A DNA stretch of 64,000 nucleotides from Octopus vulgaris (lineage: Eukaryota). The DNA is taken from positions 14,198,001 to 14,262,000 of the forward strand of contig OX597843.1 of assembly GCA_951406725.2 (NCBI GenBank). Reading direction: 5' to 3'. Positions 52,651 through 64,000 of this stretch are shown here, piece after piece. Both the position numbers and the translations under genes were made by a program. The notes beneath the pieces were generated by a model. It ran no database searches. It was not told the DNA's origin and saw nothing but the letters and a program-made list of their open reading frames with translations. The first letter of the stretch is position 1. Every line of letters starts with the position of its first letter.

Positions 52651-52999
52651 GCTTGACAATGGCTTAGCTGGCCTATAATATTATTATTTCAGAATAATAG
52701 AATAATATGGATGTGGAGTCCCTTGCGAGGGATGTAGCCAGCCCACTTATGCATGCCTTTCTTTCCTTGCACACACAAAGACCTGTTGAGGCAAGCGAAT
52801 TCGAAATTGAACCAATCCTGACTGGCACCCGGCGGTTGCCAGGGCTGCTGGACTGTCTCCTGTGCAGGTGGCAAGTAAAGAAACTCTGTTTTGACCCTGT
52901 GCTTGAGGAAATCCATTGAGTCAAGGACACTAACAACAAAGATCAATGGAAACGCACGTTAAACAATGATGATGATATATAGATACATGCATGCACACA

Positions 53000-53900
53000 C
53001 ACATATCGAAGAAGGGGAAAAGAGAGAATGGAAAGTTTCGGACAATGTTGAAAGATTAATAAAACCTTTATATTTCAGGCACAAAGGCCCATCTCCAGAA
53101 GAGGAAAAAAAAGGTCTGAGGAAAGTTCAGTTATGTAGGTTCTGTTAACTCATTTAAATTCCATAACATGTTGCAGCAGCAGTCACTCCAAATTCTGGTG
53201 TAATCGGCATTAGTCATAGTAGTAGTGGCAGTCACTCTTTAAATGTTGACATCTATCCGAGTTGATGTAAACAAACCTACAGCTGTTGTAGGCCATTTAC
53301 CATCTGCTGGATGTTGTCACAGGAGCCATCGGCTCAATTTAGATCAACTGTTAATTTTCAGGTTGAGGTGGTGGATCAACGGAGCCTCTCATATAAGTAA
53401 ATTGCTGGTGTTCCTCTCCGAGGCTAATATGGAGCGTCTATCTCCTTGGTGGTGTTGTCACATCTGGTTGGGTAGAAAGACACACTGGTGGTGAGATGCT
53501 GCTTGATTCAGATGTAGAGTAACTAGGGGTCGTGCTACCAATGTAGAGGTTGTGCTACCAATGTAGGGGTCGTGCTACCAATGTAGAGATCGTGCTACCA
53601 ATGTAGGGGTCGTGCTACCAATGTAGAGGTCGTGCTACCAATGTAGGGGTCGTGCTACCAATATAGGGGTCGTGCTACCAATGTAGGGGTCTTGCTACCA
53701 ATGTTGGGGTTGTTGCATTTGGAGCGTCATATTTGCTATACCATGCACATACATAAGCGCATGTTAGTGATGTGAATGGGGCAGTTTGTTAGTGTGCAGG
53801 GCTGTTGTACTGCAGGTGACCACCTTGTTGATTAGTGTTTGCATAGAGACGGTACCTGTACAAACATCTTATCAATGAACTGCACTCTCTTATCAAGAAT
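53000..53900 (-). mobile_element. Penelope-like element remnant (GIY-YIG C-terminus) followed by a degenerate hammerhead at 53065-53104
   Basis: Minus-strand ILASERNTSNLLI*EAPLIHHLNLKIN resembles the GIY-YIG end motif. Downstream CUU CUGGAGA ug GGC cuuugu GCC u GAAA UA UA AAG. Confidence 0.5.
53525..53710. repeat. 20-bp tandem repeat (gtaggggtcgtgctaccaat) x9
   Basis: Direct inspection; lies inside the PLE remnant. Confidence 0.95.
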
Positions 53901-54095
53901 GGAGTACACAAAATCAAGACATCAGACTATATTTGGATGAAAACAAGTTAACAAATAAGTGGAAATTTTACCGGTGAGTGTGTTAAATTAATAAGGCACT
54001 AAAAGAGAATGACTCTCCCCAGACACAACAGAATATGCTTCAACACACAAACTCACATAAAGAATCTTGCAAACCAAATCCAAAAACGAAATATA

Positions 54096-54466
54096 TCTCT
54101 CTATATATAAACGGCAGTTTGTCTGTGCGTGTTTCTGTGTGTCTGTTTGCTTGTACCCTCACCCTGACCACGGCTTTCAACCGATTCTGATGAAACTTGA
54201 CACACACATAGCCCAATGTCATAATTCAAAACTAACGCAGCGAAAATTTTGAAAAGTTCCCCCAGTTCTGAAAAAAATCGATAAAATCGACATGGGGTCG
54301 AGAATCAGAAACAAACCACAGACTGTCTAGGGGACGCAACTCAACCTCTTTTAACTCAAAAAAAAATTTACCATCATTTTTTTGTTATTTTTTGGCTATA
54401 ACTCTCTAAAAATGCTTTATAATTATTTCCCTTACAAACCTGAGCAACGCCGGGCGATACTGCTAG
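54096..54466 (+). mobile_element. Non-autonomous Helitron, second copy
   Basis: Same TC start, hairpin and CTAG|T end as 3637-4004. Confidence 0.8.
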
Positions 54467-55074
54467 TGTATATATATATGTAGGATGTATCATCATTTAA
54501 TGTCCGTGTTTCATGCTAGCAGGGGTGGAATGGTACCACAAGAGCTGGCCAGGCTGAAGCCTGCACCAGACTTCTGTGACTGTTTTGGCAAGGTTTTTAC
54601 AGCTGGATGCCCTTCCGAAAACCAACCACTTCACAGTGTGAACTGGGTGCTTTTAAGTGGCCCCTGCACTGACAGGGTCACCAAATTCTTGCAAGGGATA
54701 TCTTTAGAAACAACAGTCTCACAGATAGTGAAATAACCAGCAGAAAACGACCTAAATGTAAGACAAAGGAAAAGAAGAATCAAAAAGAGAAACCCTCCAC
54801 AAGTCTAAATCAGCTTGTTTGCTACGGGGCCACATATTTTGTTCCCACTCACCAACCACATGTAAAAGGCACCATCCGATCGTGGCCATTTGCCAGCCCC
54901 GTCTGGCACATAAAAAGCACCCACTACACTCACGGAGTGGTTGGCATTAGGAAGGGCATCCAGTCGTAGAAACACTGCCAGATCAGACTGGGCCTGGTGC
55001 AGCCTTCTGGCTTCCCAGACCCCAGTTGAACCGTCCAACCCATGCTAGCATGGAAAGCGGACGTTAAACGATGC

Positions 55075-56000
55075 TGATTGATTCCACCTTCTTTGCAACC
55101 ACAGTTGCCACACTTCCATCCTGCTGTTCAACCTGGATATTACGCACGAACTCAAAAGCAAATTTTTTGCTCTCCTTCGTAATAGAATGAAGCTTCTTGA
55201 AATTACATGAGAAATTCTGAAAATATCCACTAATTTCAAGTGCCATGAATGCGTTCGGTTGTCAAAGGCCTTTTTATAATCAATCCATGTAGAACTGAGA
55301 TCTCTGTGTTTGTTATGATAGTTCTGAAGGTTTATACGATTGATTAGATCAGTGCTTTTCAAACTTTTTGTTGGAGCAGAACCCCAAGGAAACATTTCAC
55401 TGGCCAGAGGAACCCCTGTGCAATAATTTAATTGTTCTATGCACACATATCTGCACAGGAGAATTAAAAATTACTGTCGATTTTAGCAGTTTTGTAACTT
55501 CTTGCGGAACCCTGGTTGAAAACCACTGGATTAGATGATCTTTGCATCTGTATGAGCCTCGTTGGCACCCTTCTTGTTCAGTGGAGAAATATCAATCTGT
55601 TCCATAAATGCCTATATTTTCCGCATGTGGATAGACGTTAACATTTTATATTTGGTCGAGAGACAGGTTATGGGTTGACAGGTTTTTGGAAATTTGGTTT
55701 CATTATTGTTTTGAAGACAAGTAATACCTTTTGCTAATCAATCAGGTGTTTTCTTAGGATCTCTCATAATTCCATTGAACAGCTGAACTAACTTTATGTG
55801 TGTGCACAGGAGTGACGTGAGCCAGAAATTTGGCACCCTGTCCTTAGACTCATAAACCTTAATGAGTATCATCTTCGGGGTTGCTTTTCTGATGTCTTCT
55901 CAAGCTTGTCCTAATAAATTTTGGTAGGGTCCTTCTGTGCGTCTCATCTAATCTCCATTTTCATTGTCTTTTTATCACTTTAAATATTTTTCCAAAAGTC
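55075..56000 (-). mobile_element. R4/Dong-like (RLE-type) non-LTR RT remnant
   Basis: QPITCLSTKYKMLT, EQEGCQRGSYRCKDHL, WIDYKKAFDNRTHSW. Confidence 0.7.
55350..55528. mobile_element. hAT-type MITE
   Basis: TIR CAGTGCTTTTCAA / TTGAAAACCACTG with perfect 8-bp TSD gattagat. Confidence 0.85.
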
Positions 56001-56709
56001 AATAGGTTTTTGGAAATTTGGTTCCATTATTCTTTTGAAGAAGGCCAGTAATATAAGGATGTCATCTTTCATTGGGTTGTGTCCCCAGATTGTCTCAAGT
56101 TATATACAGCATGATTGTGGTTGTCATCATTTAACGTTCATGTTCCATGTTGTCATGGGTTGGAGGGTTCGACATGGCCTGTTGTGGCAATGTTTCTCCT
56201 GCTGAATGCCCTTCCTAACACCAACCACTTTACAAAGTGTGCTGGATGCTTTTCACGTGCCACCTGTACAGGTGTGTTTAGGCAGCACCAACTAGGGGGA
56301 ATTTTATGTGGCACCGGTACCTGCAAAGGACAGGACTGTATGTACGAAGACAGAGATTTTACTTTGCTTGATGTGTCATTTCAAATCATCATCGTTTAAC
56401 GTCTGCTTTCCATGCTAGCATGGGTTGGACGGTTCGACCGGGGATCTGGGAAGCCAGAAGGCTGCACCAGGCTCCAGTCTAAGCTGGCAATGTTTCTACA
56501 GCTGGATGCCCTTCCTAAACGCAAACCACTCCGTGAGTGTAGTGGGTGCTTTTTACGTGCCAGGCGAGGCTGGCAATGGCCACGATTGGATTGGTGCATT
56601 TTACGTGCCACTGGCACGGAAGCCAGTCAAGGTGGCGCTGGCATTGGCCATGATCGGATGGTGCTTTTTACGTGCCACCGGCACAGAAGCCAGTCTAGGC
56701 ACTGGCATC

Positions 56710-57340
56710 GGCCACGTTCAGATGAAGGCCACAGCTGAACTCATCCATACGCATCACATGACCCAACGAGCACAGTCTCTTCTATTGCACACCGCATCTG
56801 ATGCTGCATATACCCAGTTTTCCTCTTAAATCATTTACACTCGGTCGTGCATGTGCGCTGACATTATCCATCCAGTGGAGCATGTAACCTTCATTTCTTT
56901 CAAATCTTCACAAGTCCTCTGTAGTCAAAGCCCATGTTTCACTGCCATGTAACACAGCTGTACGTACACAGGCATCATACAATCTGCCTTTTACTCCGAG
57001 GGAGGGGCCCTCGCTTGCAAACAAAGGCAGAAACTCCCTGAACTTTGCCAAGCCCATTCTCCTTGTAGCAACTACACTTTCAGAACTTCGTCTACCACTG
57101 CAAACTTGGTATGCTGGGTAACAGAAGCTATCTACTACTTCTAATGATCTCCCCAAACACTTGAGGGAGTCTATTGTCTGTGCATTTTTAGTACTCATTT
57201 TACCCACATATTTCACTCACACAAAGACCATTTTCTCCGTTAACCTTCCTGCGATAGCACTACACCTCTTATGTGTGCAAAGCTTGCACTGGGTACAACG
57301 TATGGAGTTCCTACCAACACCCTTATTACATATCGAGCAG
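56710..57340 (-). mobile_element. RTE family 1 remnant
   Basis: VVDSFCY...KGRLYDACVRTAVLHGSETW. Confidence 0.8.
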
Positions 57341-58001
57341 GTCACATATTCTTTAGTCAGAATATGTATAACTGTCTGTTAGGCTCAATATCTGAAGATC
57401 ATTTCTCACCATTTCATCCCCATCTTCCTGGGGTTCTCCCTCCATTCAGCACCTCTTTATGCAGCTGCCCTCTCATTCACATACATCACATGTTCTTACC
57501 AGCACCATCCGATCGTGGCCGTTTGCCAGCCTCATCTGGCACCTATGCAGGTGGCACATTAAAAAGCACCCACTACACTCACGGAGTGGTTGGTGTTAGG
57601 AAGGGCATCCAGCTGTAGAAACACTGCCAGATCAGATTGGAGCCTGGTGCAGCCATCTGGCTTCCCAGACCCCAGTTGTACCGTCCAACCCATGCCAGCA
57701 TGGAAAATGGACACTACATCTGATGCCTCTTCTACCCAATGTTTCTCTTCTGTAATGGATCCAAGCCAGATCTTATTCTATGTCCTCACACTTGCTGGTA
57801 AATAAGTTTTCACCCTGTTGAGAGCCTCCACATTGATGGAGGGGACATCACAGAAAGGGTTGGAAACTTTAGTTGGATGCGTTGATGAGGTTTGATAGCA
57901 ATATGCTAAATTCCTGAGAACCAGTTTTTTCTTCTTTTTCCTTTTGTACCAATTCAGAGATGCAGCACGGATTTTTGTCAGTGAACAGGTCGTGGTCTTA
58001 A

Positions 58002-58223
58002 CCCTTTCGTTACTGTATTTCTGTTGAGATGCTCTCTGTTTCTTTCAATTACTTTAAATATAACAAAGAATTTTAGTAAAATAACATCGTTATCATTCAG
58101 CTAGTGTTAAGAACATAAATTGTGACTAAGGTTAGGTGGAAGATTTTAATTCAGGACTTATGAAAACAAGACATTTGTATTACAAAGCCAGAGCCTGTTT
58201 CAGCTGGGTTGGTATCAAGAGGG
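58002..58223. mobile_element. piggyBac-type MITE inserted into a hammerhead-bearing repeat
   Basis: TTAA on both sides. The empty site with a single TTAA is seen at 27301-27304. Confidence 0.9.
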
Positions 58224-61200
58224 TTAAAGCGACGAAAATATTTTGACAAATTAAACTTAAATGTTGAAGTGAATCGAACGGCTTTTGTGTGTTTCTTAAA
58301 TGGCTTACAAACACCTTCCATGCTGCAATTGCTTTCGTTTCAGCACATGATCTCAGATCAAATCATTTGCTATGCGAGTACATCTCCGTAATTCAGATAT
58401 TTTTATTTTGCAATAATGTGTAGATGAATCGTTATATGTAGTGAATGAATATGGTGTTTTAGGGCCCTTGTTATCATTTTCTGTTTGGCCTGTGTAGAAC
58501 TAATCATTGCTCATCTGGAAAGAAAGCTGCTTTATTAAGAAAGATGAATGACATTGGAAGGTCTTCAAATATTTCCTGAATCAGATAACATTCTGCTGAA
58601 CTGCGATGTGGGGAGTTAGAATTAACGATTATCAGCAGAAACGTTTAACAACGAGAGCAGGCATATGTTTTGGAATTAAGTAAAAGAGGAGACGGATGTT
58701 GGTTTGTGAGGTTGAGAGGTGAGAGGAGAATGACTTGTCAGATTTGGCACAAATATATGAAAGGAAAGCTTAAATTAATAGACCAAAGGCGTTCATCATC
58801 ATCATCGTTTAACGTCCGCTTTCCATGCTGGCATGGGTTGGACGGTACAACTGGGGTCTGGGAAGCCAGATGGCTGCACCAGGCCCCAATCTGATCTGGC
58901 AGTATTTCTACAGCTGGATGCCCTTCCTAATGCCAACCACTCCATGAGTGTAGTGGGTGCTTTTTACGTGCCACCTGCACAGGTGCCAGCCAAGGCTGGC
59001 AAACGGCCATGATCGGATGGTGCTTTTTACGTGTCACCGGCACGGGGGCCAGACGAGGCTGGCAACGGCCACAATCAGATGGTGCTTTTTACGTGCCACC
59101 GGCACAGAGGCCAGTCGGGGCAGCGCTGGCAACGGCCACGTTCAGATGGTTCTCTTATGTGTCACTGGCACTGGTATCACAGCTACAATTTCCATTGATG
59201 TTGATCGATTTTGATTTTGATTTATTAATTGATAATTAAATGAGATAATAGGAACGTTGTTAGATTATGTAGGATATCTTACAAGAGAGAGGAGATGTAG
59301 GAGGGTCAGTCTATTTGGTTAAATATTGGGTTATTACATGGTACCAGTAGAGAAAGCAAAACGATGTGGACCAAAAACATAGCAGTCACCAGTTGACCAT
59401 TGATGAGAAGATTGTCTCACAATAATAAAATGTAAATTATTCATCATCGTCATCGTTTAATGTCCGTTTACCATGCTGGCATGGGTTGGATGGTTTGACT
59501 GGGGTCTGGGAAGCTAGGAGGCTGCACCAGGCCCCAATATGATCTGGCAGTGTTTCTACAGCTGGATGCCCTTCCTAACGCCAACTACTCCAAGAGTGTA
59601 GTGGGTGCTTTTTACATGCCACCGTCACAGGGACCAGAGGAGCTAGCATCAACCACGACTCGATGGTGCTTTTTATGTGCCACCAGCATGGAAGCCGGTC
59701 AAAGCAGCCCTGGCATTGGCCATGTTTGGATGGTGTTTTTTACGTGCTACCGGAAGCGGGGGCTCACAACTACGATTTCCATTTGATTTGATTTTGATAT
59801 TGCTGATGTTGGTTAAAAAGAGACGATGAGCGATGGCTAGAAGGATATTGAGTTCTTCATAACCAGCTGATCTAGCAAGCGGGGCCTCATATCAGTGAGG
59901 GGGGCCGGTGCGCATTGATGCCGTCGAGAGGTAGGCCCCGAAACAGCGCGCATTCTCTCCTGATGACTCCATACACTTGCTAGCTTCCGGTATACGGAGC
60001 TTTTAACTGGTAGCACTTGCATGTGCAAGTTGTTTGCAAGACATACATTGTAAAACTCGGAAATAGTTATTTCAGAGACCCCCGAGTCAGTGAACAAGTA
60101 CTTCCAGACAGTGGCACCTACTTCAGAAAGTAAATCACAGCAAGTTGATGAGTGTTAAATAACTAATTGATTTCTATAAAGTTTATCTTCACCTGAACCA
60201 TATTGTTTGTCAGAACGTCTGCAACCAGGTTCCATTCTTACATTTCAATTGAAACGTTTTGTGGTAAACTAATTCTGTTAAAGATATCGATATTCCTGAA
60301 ATTTCATAAATTATCCACTGAGGTTTGAATGGTGGGAAAAATGGATAAATTAGAAGAAACAATAGATTTGTAGTGGTTCAGGTGTATCCGAATGTGTTGA
60401 GGTAAACAAATGCGATAGGTATGTGGATACCTTCAAAGTGAATAATCGAATGACATTGATTTATAGTTTAAGCAATTTATTTACTGGACTTGCAATTGCT
60501 GTTGGTGTACACAACTTTTGGATCTTTTCGGTTTGAATGGCAGTTTTTTCTAGCAGTGACATATGAAATTGTCACCCATAATTATGACCCTAGTATTGAT
60601 CTATTGCATTTCAATCTGTTTTAAGGTTAGGGTTAGTTAGGTTTAGGGTTAGGGGAAGGGTATCTTTTTTTCTTCAGAAATGTAAATAAACCCAATCTGT
60701 TTCTTAAACGAGGGACATATTCATATGGCACAGAATGTTTTCACCTCGTTAGACGTCATTGATTGGTTGAAATTGCAGAAATTGAAGAAAAAAACAACAA
60801 ATATCTTACAAACTATAGAATTTTCTCAATAAAGCCAAGAGAAAAGGATGTTTTATAAACACATTCTACCAGTATACGAAGTTTAAAAGTGTTTAGTTAC
60901 CTAGAAATTATGTTAAAAACTGCCATTCAAACGGAAAAGATCCCAATTTTTCACTACATTAATTTGTTGTCAACTGCTGCAAGTTGAGAGGAATAAAAAG
61001 AGGGTCCATCTGTGGATGTGATGTGGTAGAACTGAATGTTTTTTTGTCTGTGTGAGCGTCGTTCATCTGAGAAAGTAGTCAGTGATCTCGTGAGTTGTCT
61101 CTTTGTCCAGAGCCTTTCTGCCTGTCCCTTGGCTGACCACAGTGTTTATAACAGCCATGGCAGTTAGAAGGACAGACATACTGCAGGAGGGATTGTGTCT

Positions 61201-61229
61201 AATTAGGTCAGCTCCTCCTCATTAAGGAA

Positions 61230-62970
61230 AATTAACTGAGAAGATAGCTTTCGTGTGCAGCAGATGAACAGGGGCAATAGACACCACAGATACTCAGAAA
61301 ACAGATTGCATTACACTCCTGGGGGAGAAACTAGAAGTAGTTGATAGTTTCCGCTACCTGGGTGACCAAGTTAGTAGCAGGGGTGGATGTTCAGAGAGTG
61401 TTACCACTAGAATAAGAATAGCCTGGGCAAAGTTTAGAAAGCTTCTTCCCCTACTGGTGACAAAGGGTCTCTCACTCACAGTGAAAGGTAGATTGTAGGA
61501 CACATGTGTGCGAACTGCCATGCTTCACGGCAGTGAAACACGGACCATGATTGCGGAGGACATGTGTAGGTTCGAAAGAAATGAAGCTAGCATGATCCGC
61601 TGGATGTGTAATGTCAGTGTGCACACATGACAGATTGTAAGCGCCCTGAGAGAAATGCTGGGCATAAGAAGCATTGGATGTGGTGTGCAAGAGAGACATT
61701 TGCGCTGATATGGTTATGTACTGTGGATGGATGAGGAGAGATGTGTGAAGAAGTGCCACTCCCAAACTGTTGAAGGAATCCTGGGTAGAGGTAGACCCAG
61801 GAAGACATGGGATGAGGTGGTCAAGCATGACCTTTGTACATTGGGCCTCACAGAGGCTATGACGAAAAACTGAGACCTCTGAGATATGCTGTGACTTTGA
61901 AGACCTGACAAATGAAGTGAGTTCATGGCTTGCAGGACTGCCTGCTGCGCTGACCTTGGATCGTAGAGTGACCCACTGTTCTTGAGGAGATCTATTGAGT
62001 CAAGTACATCAACACCAACATCAAAATGAAAATCGAATGGAAATTGTAGTTCAGATACCCGTGCCAGTGCCGCCTGACTGGCATCCGTGTCGGTGACACA
62101 TAAAAGCACCAACCGATCATGGCCGTTTGCCAGCCTCTTCTGGCCCCTGTGCTGGTGGCACGTAAAAAGCTACCACTACAGATGAAACAATGATGATGAT
62201 ATACATACATATATGAAAATGTATATACACGTGCATATATGGGCACAGGACACCACCGAACGTAAACAACATGAAATATGAAATACAAAAACATGGAATA
62301 CAAACAAAAAACAAATGGAAAACCAGACAAGCAACATAAAATAAAACGACACTTCATCAGTTGTCGGCTGTTTTTCTACTTCGTACTTCGAGCAATTCAC
62401 AAGATATGTTTTTGACAAAACAGTTGCTCCCGCAAAGCAAATCAAATTTGGGATTTTTGCGGAGGGTCAAAGTTGGTAACAAAAACAGATATATCCTCAT
62501 CGCCGGGCAAGATGCTGTGCTTGAGGAGACCCATTAAGTCAAGTAAAATCTAAAATCAAAACCAAAATCACAATCAGAATCGAAATCAAAAATGGCAATT
62601 GTAGTTGTGGCCGATGCCAGTGCCACCTGACTGGCTCCCATGCTGGTGGCATGCAATAAGCACCAGTCATGTGTGGGTCGTTGCCAGTGTCACCTCACTG
62701 GCTCCTCATGCTGATGGTATGTAGAAAGCACCATCTGAATGTGGCTAATGCCAATTCCGCCCGACTGGCCCCCATGCCGGTGGCACGTAAAAAGCACCCA
62801 CTATACTCTCAGGGTGGTTGGTGTTAGGAAGGGCATCCAGCTGTAGAAACCTTGCCAGATCAGATTGGAGCCTGGTGCAGCCATCTGGCTTGCCAGCCCT
62901 CAGTCAAACTGTCCAACTCATGCCAGCATGGAAAGCAGACATTAAATGATGATGATGCTGATGATGATCA
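61230..62970 (+). mobile_element. RTE family 1 3' fragment and 3'UTR with nested repeat
   Basis: EVVDSFRYLGDQ...RGRPRKTWDEVVK, followed by the UTR and (GAT)n tail. Confidence 0.8.
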
Positions 62971-64000
62971 TCATCATTTAGCATCTCCCTTCCATGCTGA
63001 CATGGGTGGGGTAGTTTGACAGAAGCTGGCCAGGCGGGAGCCTGCACCAGACTTCTGTTTGTTTTGGCAGGATTTTTATGGCTGGATGCCCTTCCTTACA
63101 CCAACCGCTCTGAGAGTGGACTGAATGCTTTTTACATGGCACAAGCACTGACAAGGCCAGTTTTTGTAAGTTTTGAACGATGCCCTCCCAAATGCCAACC
63201 ATTTTACAGTGTGGACTGGGTGCTTTTTAAGTGGCATCGTCAATGATAGGGTCACCTTGCAAGACAAAAACATCTTTTGAGAGGGCGTTGGAGGAATTGA
63301 TCTTTTGTCAGTTGATGAAAGATTATAGTGAGACTGAGAGAGATGATGTTGACTGGATGTTTGATTTTTATTACTCAGACTGACACCCAAACACTTCGAA
63401 ATGTTTGTATTGGAGCCTCCCATGTGAATGCCAAGCAGTACAGCATGCTGTTTTCAAATTTCTCACAGAGTGCTTTACGTCACGGTGCCCAACAGACCCT
63501 ACTACACTGTGTAGTCGACAAAATAAAAAACAATGCACGTGCGCGATATTAAAAATATAAAATGGCGACAATTTACCCATCGCACCCTGTACCTATGTAC
63601 ATACATACAACTCGGTCGTTAATTGAACTCAGAACGCAAAGGGACGCAACTTAACAACGCAAAGCATTTGTACTGATTGCCCTCTCCCAGTTTCCGTTTC
63701 TATGGTTACGAGGTTAAACATTCTCATAGAATTTCAGTCGCATTAAAATTACTCCAGAAAGACGAAATGCAAGGTTGACGTCGGTTTTATGGGCATATAT
63801 AAAATTTGTTGGGATCTTTTCGGTTTGACCGGCAGTTTTTTAAAATAATTTCTAGTTAACTAAACACTTTTAAACTTCGTATACTGGTAGAATGTGTTTA
63901 TAAAACATCTTTTCTCTTGGCTTTATTGAGAAAATTCTATAGTTTGTAAGATATTTGTTGTTTATTTTCTTCAATTTCTGCAATTTCAACCAATCAATGA

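Noticed and set aside
59837-60120. Coding exon, or HDV-like ribozyme, 7SK or RNase P/MRP identity
   Set aside because: No recognisable protein similarity; P3/P1.1 of the HDV fold, the paired GAUC motifs of 7SK and CR-I/CR-V of P/MRP could not be placed
62341-62400. CUGAUGA on the minus strand as another hammerhead
   Set aside because: No stem II-GAAA-stem III arrangement found in the right order

Overview
AT-rich, repeat-dense eukaryotic genomic DNA. The SINE/LINE repertoire and microsatellite style look like an octopus (coleoid cephalopod) genome; this is an inference. Only two host protein-coding exons are supportable: the first coding exon of an FBXO8 orthologue (minus, 162-379) and a single large exon encoding a six-finger C2H2 protein (plus, 45598-46334). 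The two genes point away from each other. Nearly all other ORFs in the track are microsatellite or TE artefacts. The rest is nested mobile DNA: three tRNA-derived SINE families; RTE, CR1-group, L1/Tx1 and R4/Dong-like LINE remnants; Penelope-like (PLE) remnants; an LTR with a primer-binding site; mariner fragments; non-autonomous Helitrons; TTAA piggyBac MITEs; a hAT MITE; and a GG-terminated, 8-bp-TSD (Merlin-like) MITE family carrying TTAGGG repeats. The most notable hidden signal is at least five families of minimal type I hammerhead-ribozyme motifs in PLE-like termini or tandem units. One family appears to have a compensatory G3-C8 core instead of C3-G8. Also notable are a 22-bp satellite just upstream of the zinc-finger exon and an unexplained pseudoknotted GC-rich segment near 59.9 kb. 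All structures were derived by eye and are not computationally verified.
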